From assembly GCA_024693775.1 (NCBI GenBank), contig JAILKL010000068.1, forward strand, positions 12,938 through 76,937: DNA of 64,000 bases. Direction: 5' to 3'. Within the stretch, counting starts at the first letter, position 1. Every line of letters starts with the position of its first letter. The notes under the pieces are model-generated. The model saw only the letters and a list, made by a program, of their open reading frames with translations, did no database searches and had not been told where the DNA came from. The DNA comes from Pseudobutyrivibrio sp. GTDB lineage: Bacteria; Bacillota; Clostridia; Lachnospirales; Lachnospiraceae. Of the stretch, positions 38,734-48,252 are shown piece by piece. The position numbers and the translations under genes were made by a program.

Positions 38734-38772
38734 TGTCAACCGATTGACATAAATTATTGCATAGGCTATCAT
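38734..38772 (+). promoter_or_regulatory. LacI-family operator overlapping the -35 of the sugar-operon promoter
   Basis: TGTCAACCGATTGACA palindrome; TTGACA(38744)-17 bp-TATCAT. Confidence 0.75.
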
Positions 38773-38817
38773 CCAATTATCAACAAATACATGACCTATG
38801 AAGGAGGGTTTATTGTA

Positions 38818-40107
38818 ATGAAGAAGAAAATTGTTTCTTTAGTAATGGTTGCAGCTATGGCAATGTCAATGGTTGCATGTGGTTCTAGCTCAGATTCAGG
38901 GGACTCTGCAGCTAGCACAGGGGTTTCTATCACAGTCTTAAATTCAAAAACAGAAATTCAGACACAGTTTGAAGATATGGCTGAAGAGTATGAAAAGGCT
39001 ACAGGCGTTCATGTTGAAGTATACAATGCTGATACAGATACAACAGTTGCCTCACAGGTTGCCACAAAATACGCATCTAATGATCCATACACACTTACAA
39101 TGGTAGATGCAAAGGATATTTATTCACTTGCTGATGATTATGCTTATGATCTTTCAAATGAAGATTGGGCTAGTCACACTACACTTGGTATCGACGTAAA
39201 TGGAAAGCTCGCAGGCTTCCCAGTATGTGTAGAGGCAAGAGGAATTCTTTACAACGCAGACGCTATCAAAGAAATTACAGGTGAGGATTTTGATCCAGCT
39301 TCTGTTGCTACATTAGATGATTTCAAAGCTCTTTTAGACAAGCTTGTTGCTGGTGGAATGGAAGCACCAGTTGGTATTCTTTCAGAGTATTGGTCACTTG
39401 GTGCACACTGGTTCCCAATGGTATATGAGGAGCAGGAAGATCCAGATGCATTTGTAAATTCACTTCTTGCTGGCGAGGCTGATTTAGCAGGAAATGAAAA
39501 ATACAATGAGCTCATGGATACATTTGAAACATTAGTTGCTTACAACTATGCAAAGGGTTCTGCTTCAAACGCAGATCGTGAAGAGACATCTATGATGCTT
39601 GCAGAGGGTGACATTGCATTTATGTTTGGTGGAAACTGGGATTGGTCAGTAATCAACCAGTATGACTACACAGAAAACATGGGTATCATGCCTGTACCAC
39701 AGAACACAGAGGATGGCACAAACGAAATGCTCGTTGGTGGCGGTTCAAAGTACTTCTTTGTTGATAGCTCAGATGCTACATCAGAGGAAGAGAGACAGGC
39801 TGCACTTGATTTCTTAAATTGGTTAGTTAGTGATCCAGAAGGCAATGCATTCTTAACAGAGCAGTGTGCGCTTGTTCCTGCTTTTGACAACATTGATGCA
39901 TCAGCTTTAGATCCACTTTCACTTTCAGTTAAGTCATATGCAGATGCTGGAAAGCTTGTACCAAACTACAACTATCTTCCAGATGATCACATGACAGTAG
40001 TAGGTCAGGAAATCATGCAAAAATACTTAGATGAGGCAATGACAAGAGACGAAGTTGCTACATCTGTAGTAGATTATTTCAAGTCAGCAACTCCAATTGC
40101 TCACTAA
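38818..40107 (+). CDS. Carbohydrate ABC transporter substrate-binding lipoprotein
   Basis: Lipobox MVAC, SBP family 1 features; ATG after AAGGAGG. Confidence 0.9.
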   Translation: MKKKIVSLVMVAAMAMSMVACGSSSDSGDSAASTGVSITVLNSKTEIQTQFEDMAEEYEKATGVHVEVYNADTDTTVASQVATKYASNDPYTLTMVDAKDIYSLADDYAYDLSNEDWASHTTLGIDVNGKLAGFPVCVEARGILYNADAIKEITGEDFDPASVATLDDFKALLDKLVAGGMEAPVGILSEYWSLGAHWFPMVYEEQEDPDAFVNSLLAGEADLAGNEKYNELMDTFETLVAYNYAKGSASNADREETSMMLAEGDIAFMFGGNWDWSVINQYDYTENMGIMPVPQNTEDGTNEMLVGGGSKYFFVDSSDATSEEERQAALDFLNWLVSDPEGNAFLTEQCALVPAFDNIDASALDPLSLSVKSYADAGKLVPNYNYLPDDHMTVVGQEIMQKYLDEAMTRDEVATSVVDYFKSATPIAH

Positions 40108-40144
40108 TATAGTGACAACCTAATTTGATTGTTTGAAGAAGAAT

Positions 40145-40176
40145 AGGGGCCTTGATAAAGCTTATTCAAGGCCCCA
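40145..40176 (+). other. Intercistronic stem-loop (mRNA stabilisation/attenuation after the SBP gene)
   Basis: GGGGCCTTGA...TCAAGGCCCC. Confidence 0.55.
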
Positions 40177-40195
40177 TTTATTGAAAGGGAATAAT

Positions 40196-41074
40196 ATGAA
40201 GACAAATACATTGAGCTATAAAATAAAACAGTATTTGATATTTGCAGGCTTGACTACATTTATTTTTGCCAGTGTTGTATTAGTGCCATTTGTCTATGGT
40301 TTATATCTTACATTTACTAGCTGGGATGGAGTATCCCTCAGCAAACCATTTGTAGGAATTGAAAATTACGTAAATGCGTTTGCAGATACATCTTACTGGC
40401 AGTCCTTAGGACGCACATTTATTTATTCCGCAATTGCGGTAATTTTAGTTAATGCAGTAGCTTTTATTATTGCATATATGGTTACTTCTGGTATTAAAGG
40501 TCAGAATTTCTTTAGAGCAGGTTTCTTTGTGCCAAACTTAATCGGTGGTATCGTTCTAGGTTATGTTTGGAAATTCGTATTTAATAAAGCATTGGTAGAA
40601 TTAGCAGAGACCATTACTTCTGGTCATGCAAAGTCTTTACTTGCAACTGAGACAGGTGCCATAGCAGCACTTATTATTGTTTCGGTTTGGCAATATGCCG
40701 GATACATGATGCTCATTTATGTAGCAGGCTTTATGAGTGTATCCGAGGATGTTATTGAGGCAGCAAAAATTGATGGATGTACAGGCTCACAGTCCATTTT
40801 CTATATATCTATTCCACTTATGACAGCATCTTTTGTACAGTGCTTGTTCCTTACAATCACTAGATGCTTTATGGTTTATGATGTAAACCTTTCACTGACA
40901 AATGGTGATCCATATGGTAGCTCAGCTCTTGCAGCTATGCACGTTTACAATCAGGCGTTTATCAACAAAAATTATGGTACTGGCCAGGCTGAGGCTCTTA
41001 TCCTATTTGTTATTTGTGCAATAATTGGTGGAATTCAAGTATATGTTGGAAAGAAAGGGGAGGTGCAGGCATAA
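40196..41074 (+). CDS. Carbohydrate ABC transporter permease
   Basis: EAAKIDG motif, multiple TM helices. Confidence 0.9.
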   Translation: MKTNTLSYKIKQYLIFAGLTTFIFASVVLVPFVYGLYLTFTSWDGVSLSKPFVGIENYVNAFADTSYWQSLGRTFIYSAIAVILVNAVAFIIAYMVTSGIKGQNFFRAGFFVPNLIGGIVLGYVWKFVFNKALVELAETITSGHAKSLLATETGAIAALIIVSVWQYAGYMMLIYVAGFMSVSEDVIEAAKIDGCTGSQSIFYISIPLMTASFVQCLFLTITRCFMVYDVNLSLTNGDPYGSSALAAMHVYNQAFINKNYGTGQAEALILFVICAIIGGIQVYVGKKGEVQA

Positions 41075-41928
41075 TGGAAAACGCAAAAGCAGCTCGTAAT
41101 AAAAAAATAAGACACGCCATTATGATTATCGTACTTACGATATTATTTATCGCATTTATATTCCCTTTTATCATGGTGGTTATTAATGTATTTAAGGTGA
41201 AGGCAGATATTACTGCAGCACCACTGGCACTTATAGGAAAGCATGGATTTACTCTAGAAAACTTCCCAAATGCCATAGAAAAAATGAATTTCTTTAGATC
41301 CTTTGGAAATTCATTATTTATAACTATTTTTGCAACAATTGGTACTATTATTTTGTCCTCTATGACTGCTTATTTAATAGTAAGAAACAATTGGAAGGCC
41401 AACAAAATTTTATTTGTATTGATGATTGCATCAATGGTTATTCCATTTCAGGTTTTAATGATTCCACTTGTATCATTATATGGTGGTGTATTTGGTATCT
41501 TAAATCATAGACTTACATTGATATTTATGCATATTGGATTTTCTCTTTCAATGGCTACTTTTATGTTCCATGGAAGCATTCATACCAATGTCCCTATTTC
41601 CTTGGAGGAGGCTGCCACTATTGATGGCTGTAACAAGTTCCAGATTTTTGCTCAAATCGTATTTCCGATATTAAAGCCAACTATTGCTACAGTTGCTATT
41701 ATCGATGCTATGGCATTTTGGAACGATTATCTTCTGCCTAGTCTTGTACTCGGTAGAAAGGAATTATACACAATTCCAATTGCCACAAAGGTATTTTACG
41801 GAACATATTCTACTGATACAGGATTAATTATGGCTGCATTACTTTTAGCTATGCTTCCTATTCTTTTACTTTATATTTTCTTGCAGAAGTATATTGTAGA
41901 GGGAATTACAGCGGGCGCTGTTAAATAA
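41074..41928 (+). CDS. Carbohydrate ABC transporter permease
   Basis: EEAATIDG, WNDYL, GITAGAVK. Confidence 0.9.
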   Translation: MENAKAARNKKIRHAIMIIVLTILFIAFIFPFIMVVINVFKVKADITAAPLALIGKHGFTLENFPNAIEKMNFFRSFGNSLFITIFATIGTIILSSMTAYLIVRNNWKANKILFVLMIASMVIPFQVLMIPLVSLYGGVFGILNHRLTLIFMHIGFSLSMATFMFHGSIHTNVPISLEEAATIDGCNKFQIFAQIVFPILKPTIATVAIIDAMAFWNDYLLPSLVLGRKELYTIPIATKVFYGTYSTDTGLIMAALLLAMLPILLLYIFLQKYIVEGITAGAVK

Positions 41929-41951
41929 AAAAAGCTTATAGGAGTTCAGAA

Positions 41952-43367
41952 ATGAAAAAATTGGAAAATAAATGTATGTTGATTACCTATGCAGATTGCA
42001 TGGGTGATAACCTGGCTGATTTAAAAACAGTGCTGGATAAACATTTTAAAGATTCGGTAGGAGGTATTCATATTCTTCCATTCTTCCCATCGTCAGGAGA
42101 CAGGGGATTTGCACCTATGGATTATCACGTGGTTGATAGTAAGTTTGGTCGCTGGGATGAAATTGAAAAATTGGCTGACGAGTATTACTTGATGGCAGAT
42201 TATATGATCAATCACATTTCTGCACATAGCGAGTATTACAAGGATTTTCTAGCTAAAAAGGATGATAGTAAATATAGAGATTTATTTATTCGATACAAGG
42301 ATTTTTGGGAGAACGGAGAGCCAACAGAAGAGGAAGTAGATGCAATATACAAAAGAAAGCCTAGAGCTCCTTATGTAGATGCACATTTTGCAGATGGCAC
42401 CACTGAAAAGGTGTGGTGTACCTTTGATGAGGAGCAGATTGATATCAACTGCAAATCAGATACTGCAAAGGAATTTATAAAGGACAATCTTGAAACCCTT
42501 TGTAAGCACGGCATGGCCCTAATTAGATTAGATGCATTTGCCTATGCCACAAAGGTGGCAGGAAGCTCATGCTTCTTTATAGAGCCTGATGTGTGGGAGC
42601 TTATGGATGGATGCCAGGACATTGTTTCTAAATATGGCGTAACATTACTTCCTGAGATTCATGAGCATTATTCTATGCAGCAGCGTATAGCTTCTCATGA
42701 TTATTATGTTTATGATTTTGCACTTCCTATGCTTTTGTTAAACGCTCTTTATTATGGACAGTCCCAATATCTAAAGCATTGGCTAGATATTTGTCCACGC
42801 AAGCAATTTACAACTCTTGATACTCATGATGGAATAGGAGTTGTGGATGTAAAGGATTTGCTTCCTGATGAGGAAATAGATCGTACAAAAGAAGATATCT
42901 TCAAATTTGGAGCAAATGTTAAAAAGATATATAACACTGCAGCATACAACAACCTTGATATATATCAGGTCAATTGTACTTACTACTCAGCCTTAGGCGA
43001 TGATGACGATGCTTATTTATTAGCCCGTGCAGTTCAATTCTTTGCACCAGGAATCCCACAGGTATATTATGTAGGTCTTCTGGCTGGCAAAAACGACCTA
43101 AAGCTTCTTGAAGAGACAAAGGTAGGTAGAAATATTAATAGACATTATTACACTCTTCCTGAGATTGATTCAGAGGTAGAGAGACCGGTTGTTAAAAAGC
43201 TTCTTGATTTAATGAAATTTAGAAATGAGCATCCAGCCTTTGATGGTGAATTTATCATGGAAGAATGCAATGATAATGAGATTATTATTCTCAGAAAAAA
43301 TGGTGATGATTACGCTCGTTTGAAAGCTGATTTTGTTACAAAAAAATTCACTATTGAGCATTCATAA
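41952..43367 (+). CDS. gtfA: Sucrose phosphorylase (GH13_18)
   Basis: LITYAD, RLDAFAY, PEIHEH, LDTHDGIG, NLDIYQVN specificity loop. Confidence 0.9.
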   Translation: MKKLENKCMLITYADCMGDNLADLKTVLDKHFKDSVGGIHILPFFPSSGDRGFAPMDYHVVDSKFGRWDEIEKLADEYYLMADYMINHISAHSEYYKDFLAKKDDSKYRDLFIRYKDFWENGEPTEEEVDAIYKRKPRAPYVDAHFADGTTEKVWCTFDEEQIDINCKSDTAKEFIKDNLETLCKHGMALIRLDAFAYATKVAGSSCFFIEPDVWELMDGCQDIVSKYGVTLLPEIHEHYSMQQRIASHDYYVYDFALPMLLLNALYYGQSQYLKHWLDICPRKQFTTLDTHDGIGVVDVKDLLPDEEIDRTKEDIFKFGANVKKIYNTAAYNNLDIYQVNCTYYSALGDDDDAYLLARAVQFFAPGIPQVYYVGLLAGKNDLKLLEETKVGRNINRHYYTLPEIDSEVERPVVKKLLDLMKFRNEHPAFDGEFIMEECNDNEIIILRKNGDDYARLKADFVTKKFTIEHS

Positions 43368-43376
43368 GAAATTATT

Positions 43377-43412
43377 AAGGACAACAGCTAAATTTATGGA
43401 TGTTGTCCTTTT
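43377..43412 (+). terminator. Intrinsic terminator
   Basis: AAGGACAACA...TGTTGTCCTTTT. Confidence 0.65.
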
Positions 43413-43491
43413 AAATAGCTGATTTTTTACATATAATGTTATAAGCATATTGCGAGATTTTAGGTTATAACAAGGAAATAAAGGAGAAATT

Positions 43492-44475
43492 ATGGCAACA
43501 CTAAAAGACGTGGCTGCAGAATGCAATCTTACGGTAACCACCGTTTCTAGAGTATTAAATAACAGAGGCTATATTTCTGACAAAACCAGAAAAAAAGTCT
43601 ATGAAGCCATGGAAAAATTAAACTATCAGCCCAACGAGGTTGCTAGGTCTCTTTCAAAGAAATCTACTAATACAATAGGAGTTATTGTTCCACATATTAG
43701 ACATCCATATTTCTCTGAGATGATTAGTAATATAGAAAATGCAGCAAGCAAAAAAGGCTACAAGGTAATTTTATGTAATTCAAAGGGTGCAGATCACAAG
43801 GAAAAAGAATACTTAGATATGTGTACAAGCAATAGAGTTGCAGGTATAATTTTGTTTTCAGCCGGTGTAGCAGTTCAAGAATTTACTGCAAGCAATATTC
43901 CGCTTGTTACTGTAGAACGTTTTACAGAAAATGGTACAGCAGCAATAGAATGCGATAATAGACAGGGCGGCGAGCTTGCTGCGCAGCATTTAATAGATGT
44001 AGGATGCAAGCATCTTCTTCATGTAAGTGGTGTATCAGAAAACTCTATGCCAGCAGATGATAGAGCAAAGGGATTTGCTAGCGTATGCGAGGCAAATAGC
44101 GTAGATTATGTAGAGGTATCTACCAGTCTTGGACAATACAATAGCTTAGATTACCATGATATGTTGGAGAGCGCTTTAAATTTAGATAAAGAATATGATG
44201 GTGTTTTTGCCAGTTCAGATTTAATTGCAGCGCAGGTCTTACAGGTTTGTGCTAAACTAGGACGCAGAGTGCCAGAGGATGTAAAGATAGTAGGCTTTGA
44301 TGATGTTATGATTTCTCAATTGACAACACCACCTATTACCACTATTCATCAGCCAATAAAGGAAATGGCACAGGCTGCTGTAGATATGGTCATTTCTGCA
44401 ACCTCAGGAAATACAGTTGCAAAAAGGACCTTGCTTCCGGTAACATTAGTTGAACGCGAGAGCACTCAAAGATAA
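43492..44475 (+). CDS. LacI family repressor (ScrR-like)
   Basis: ATLKDVA...TVSRVLNNRGYIS HTH; GFDD, TTIHQP. Confidence 0.9.
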   Translation: MATLKDVAAECNLTVTTVSRVLNNRGYISDKTRKKVYEAMEKLNYQPNEVARSLSKKSTNTIGVIVPHIRHPYFSEMISNIENAASKKGYKVILCNSKGADHKEKEYLDMCTSNRVAGIILFSAGVAVQEFTASNIPLVTVERFTENGTAAIECDNRQGGELAAQHLIDVGCKHLLHVSGVSENSMPADDRAKGFASVCEANSVDYVEVSTSLGQYNSLDYHDMLESALNLDKEYDGVFASSDLIAAQVLQVCAKLGRRVPEDVKIVGFDDVMISQLTTPPITTIHQPIKEMAQAAVDMVISATSGNTVAKRTLLPVTLVERESTQR

Positions 44476-44489
44476 GGAGATAATATATT

Positions 44490-45422
44490 ATGACAAAATA
44501 CGATGTTGTTGCACTTGGAGAAATTTTAGTAGATATGGCTCCAGGAGAAATTAGCGCCCAGGGAAATTCTACTTTTGAAGCTTGCCCAGGCGGAGCTCCA
44601 TGCAACGTACTTTCTTTATTAACAAAGGCCAATCATAAAACAGCTTTCATAGGTAAAGTTGGCGATGACATGTTTGGAAACATGCTTATAAACACTATTA
44701 AGGAACTAGGCATTGGAACTGAGGGTGTAGTCTATGACAAAGAGGTGCGCACTACACTTGCTTTTGTTCAAAAATTACCAAATGGCGACAGAGATTTTTC
44801 TTTCTATAGAAACCCTGGCGCAGATATGATGTTAAATGAAAAAGAGGTAAATTATGACCTTATAAAAAATACTAGAATCTTCCATTTTGGAACACTTTCT
44901 ATGACTTCAGAATGCGCAAAGGAAGCTACTCAAAAGGCTGTAAAGTTTGCAAAGGATAATGGAATATTAGTATCCTTTGATCCAAACCTTAGAGAGCCAT
45001 TATGGGACGATCTAGAAGAGGCTAAAAAGGCTATTTTATGGGGAATGGAAAATTGTGATATTCTCAAAATTTCAGATAACGAAGTAGAGTTTATGACAGG
45101 GCTTTCTGATATGACAGAGGGCTATAAAAAGATTAAAGAAATGTCTAGTGCAAAGCAGGTGTTTGTTACATTAGGCGGCGACGGAAGCATGGGCTCATGC
45201 GGTGATGAAATTATAAAGGTTCCAGGCATTAAAATGGAGTCAGTTGTTGATACAACAGGTGCTGGAGACACATTTATGGGCTGCGCACTTCACTATATTT
45301 TACAAAACGGAATAGACCTTGATAAAGAAAATATTCAAAGTCTATTAAAGCTGGCAAATTCTACTGCAGCCAAAATCACTCAGGTTAAGGGTGCATTAAA
45401 GGTTATGCCAATTATAGAATAA
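44490..45422 (+). CDS. PfkB family carbohydrate kinase (probable fructokinase)
   Basis: GGAPCNV, FDPNLR, DTTGAGD. Confidence 0.88.
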   Translation: MTKYDVVALGEILVDMAPGEISAQGNSTFEACPGGAPCNVLSLLTKANHKTAFIGKVGDDMFGNMLINTIKELGIGTEGVVYDKEVRTTLAFVQKLPNGDRDFSFYRNPGADMMLNEKEVNYDLIKNTRIFHFGTLSMTSECAKEATQKAVKFAKDNGILVSFDPNLREPLWDDLEEAKKAILWGMENCDILKISDNEVEFMTGLSDMTEGYKKIKEMSSAKQVFVTLGGDGSMGSCGDEIIKVPGIKMESVVDTTGAGDTFMGCALHYILQNGIDLDKENIQSLLKLANSTAAKITQVKGALKVMPIIE

Positions 45423-45428
45423 ATTAGG

Positions 45429-45830
45429 TTATTTTGAGATGCAAAAATAACTAAATGAGCCCTTGGCAACCAGGTTATTATCGTCATCAGTTACTTGCAC
45501 ATCCACAAGACAAATGCTCCTGTTGCGATTGATGACCTGGGCCTGGGCTTTTAATTTTGCACCTTTTCCAGCTTTGATATAATAAAAATTAGATTGCTGT
45601 GTAACATATTCTCGGCCATCACCACGGCTGGCATAGGCAGCACAGGTGTCGGCAAGAGTATAGCTCACACCACCATGTGCCATATTATTGGCGTTTAAAA
45701 GATCCTTCTTGAGATTTAAATGAGCTAAACATCCTGTAGGCTCAATATCATCGATAGTGATACCTAGCATATTGGGAAAATTATTTGTGTTTATGGACTC
45801 GCTCCATTTTTCTAATAATTCTTTACTCAT
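45429..45830 (-). CDS. PaaI family hotdog thioesterase
   Basis: NxxxMAHGGVSYTLAD motif. Confidence 0.85.
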   Translation of the reverse strand: MSKELLEKWSESINTNNFPNMLGITIDDIEPTGCLAHLNLKKDLLNANNMAHGGVSYTLADTCAAYASRGDGREYVTQQSNFYYIKAGKGAKLKAQAQVINRNRSICLVDVQVTDDDNNLVAKGSFSYFCISK

Positions 45831-45891
45831 ATTTTTTCTCCTAATAGAATTTAATTGTATTATATCATTATTTCATGATTCTGAACATTTA

Positions 45892-45918
45892 TTAGCACTC
45901 ATCATTAATGAGTGCTAA
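45892..45918. promoter_or_regulatory. CIRCE element (HrcA operator)
   Basis: Perfect TTAGCACTC-N9-GAGTGCTAA directly upstream of the htpG promoter (TTGACT 45926-17 bp-TATCAT). Confidence 0.95.
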
Positions 45919-45992
45919 TTTTTTATTGACTTTGTAAAATTGCAGTATTATCATATCTTTTAGTGAGAATATTTTAAAGGAGTGACACATTT

Positions 45993-48065
45993 ATGGGAAA
46001 CAAAAAAGGTAGTTTATCAATTACAAGCGAAAATATTTTTCCAGTGATCAAAAAATGGTTATATTCTGATCATGACATTTTTTATAGAGAGCTTATATCC
46101 AATGGATGTGATGCTATTACAAAACTTAAAAAGTTAGATATGATGGGAGAGTGTTCTCTTCCTCTTGATTATAAGGCAAAGATTCAGGTGCTTGTTAGCC
46201 CTGAGGAAAAGACTCTTACCTTCATCGATAATGGTATCGGTATGACAGCAGATGAGGTAGATGAGTACATCAACCAGATTGCATTTTCAGGAGCTACAGA
46301 TTTCCTTGAGAAATATAAGGACAAGGCTGATTCAGACCAGATCATCGGTCATTTCGGATTAGGCTTCTATTCAGCATTCATGGTAGCAGATGAGGTTCAC
46401 ATCGATTCCCTTTCATACAAGGAAGGTGCTACACCAGTACATTGGGAATGTGATGGCGGTACAGATTATGAGATGAGTGATGGTGATTGGGACCAGGTTG
46501 GTACAAAGATTACATTATTCTTAAATGAGGATTGCTTAGAGTTTGCCAACGAATACAGAGCACGTGAAGTAATCGAAAAGTATTGCTCATTCATGCCTAC
46601 AGAGATTTATCTTTCAAAAAAGGATGCTCCAGAGGAGTATGAGACTATCGATGCAGCAGACAAGCGTGATACTGACAAGGTCATCGAGGAGATTCACGAA
46701 GAGGCCAAATTCGAAGAAAAAGAAAATGAGGATGGAACAAAGGAGCAGGTTGAGGTTTCACCAGCAAAGGACAAGTTAAAAATTGTTAAGCGTCCAGTTG
46801 CATTAAACGACATCCATCCATTATGGACAAAGAATCCATCAGAATGTACAGAGGAGGAATACAAGGAATTCTACAGAAATGTATTCCATGATTACAAAGA
46901 GCCTTTATTCTGGATTCATTTAAATATGGATTATCCATTTAACTTAAAGGGTATTTTATACTTCCCTAAGATCAACACAGAGTATGATTCAATCGAAGGA
47001 ACAATAAAGCTTTACAACAACCAGGTATTTATTGCAGACAATATTAAAGAGGTAATCCCAGAGTTCTTAATGCTCTTAAAGGGTGTTATTGATTGTCCAG
47101 ATTTACCACTTAATGTATCTCGTTCAGCTCTTCAGAACGATGGTTTTGTTACAAAGATTTCAGAGTACATCACAAAGAAGGTGGCTGATAAGCTTACAGG
47201 TATGTGCAAGACAGATAAAGAGTCTTACGAAAAATACTGGGATGACATTTCTCCATTCATCAAGTTTGGTTGCTTAAAGGATACAAAATTCTGCGACAAG
47301 ATGAATGATTACATCCTATTCAAGGATATCAACGATGCTTACGTTACACTTCCAGAGCTTCTTGTAAAGGAAGAAAAGGCAACAGACGAAAACGGTGAGG
47401 CAGTTGAGGCTGAGGTAGTTGATGAGAATAAATCAGAAGCTTCTTCAGAGCCAGAGGACAACCGTAAAACTGTTTATTACGTTACAGATGTAGCTCAGCA
47501 GGGACAGTACATCAATATGTTCAAGGAGCAGGGTATGAATGCAGTTATTCTCGACCATGCTATTGATACATCATTTATTACTCAGCTTGAGCAGCGCAAC
47601 GAGAATTACAAGTTCTGTAGAATCGATGCAGATGTTACAGATTCAATGGTTGAGGAGACATCTGAGGAGGAGCTAAAGGAGACTACAGATACTCTTACAG
47701 AGGTATTTAGAAAGGCTCTTAACAACGAGGGCTTGGAGGTAAAGGTAGAGAAGTTTAAGAACAAAGAGCTTTCATCTATGCTTACAGTTTCTGAGGAAAG
47801 CCGTCGTATGGCAGATATGATGAAGATGTATGCTATGGGTGGCATGGATATGAATATGTTTGGCTCAGCTTCAGAGACATTAGTTCTCAATGCAAATAAT
47901 GACTTAGTTCAGTATATTCTTAATAACAAAGATTCTGAAAATGCTCCATTATTTGCTGCACAGCTCTACGATTTAGCCAAGATCGCAAACGCTCCACTTT
48001 CAACAGAAGCCATGACAGAATTTGTTTCTAGATCAAACAAGATTATGATGCTCCTTGCAAAATAA
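45993..48065 (+). CDS. htpG: Chaperone HtpG (Hsp90)
   Basis: LYSDHDIFYRELISN, DNGIGM, IGHFGLGFYS, PLNVSR. Confidence 0.97.
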   Translation: MGNKKGSLSITSENIFPVIKKWLYSDHDIFYRELISNGCDAITKLKKLDMMGECSLPLDYKAKIQVLVSPEEKTLTFIDNGIGMTADEVDEYINQIAFSGATDFLEKYKDKADSDQIIGHFGLGFYSAFMVADEVHIDSLSYKEGATPVHWECDGGTDYEMSDGDWDQVGTKITLFLNEDCLEFANEYRAREVIEKYCSFMPTEIYLSKKDAPEEYETIDAADKRDTDKVIEEIHEEAKFEEKENEDGTKEQVEVSPAKDKLKIVKRPVALNDIHPLWTKNPSECTEEEYKEFYRNVFHDYKEPLFWIHLNMDYPFNLKGILYFPKINTEYDSIEGTIKLYNNQVFIADNIKEVIPEFLMLLKGVIDCPDLPLNVSRSALQNDGFVTKISEYITKKVADKLTGMCKTDKESYEKYWDDISPFIKFGCLKDTKFCDKMNDYILFKDINDAYVTLPELLVKEEKATDENGEAVEAEVVDENKSEASSEPEDNRKTVYYVTDVAQQGQYINMFKEQGMNAVILDHAIDTSFITQLEQRNENYKFCRIDADVTDSMVEETSEEELKETTDTLTEVFRKALNNEGLEVKVEKFKNKELSSMLTVSEESRRMADMMKMYAMGGMDMNMFGSASETLVLNANNDLVQYILNNKDSENAPLFAAQLYDLAKIANAPLSTEAMTEFVSRSNKIMMLLAK

Positions 48066-48102
48066 ATTTAGTTAATTCTTAAAATATATCAAAATGCTCT
48101 TA

Positions 48103-48140
48103 TACTCCTTGCTGGTTGATTTCTCCGGCAGGGAGTATTT
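48103..48140 (+). terminator. Intrinsic terminator
   Basis: TACTCCTTGCTGG...CCGGCAGGGAGTA+T run. Confidence 0.7.
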
Positions 48141-48252
48141 ATTATTTTAAGATTTTTTGACAAAATCGTGAATGAATTGTGAAAATTAAATTGAAATTAT
48201 AGGAATAATCAATTACTATCATATTAGGGAGAGTTTTATTTTAGGGGGAGTT

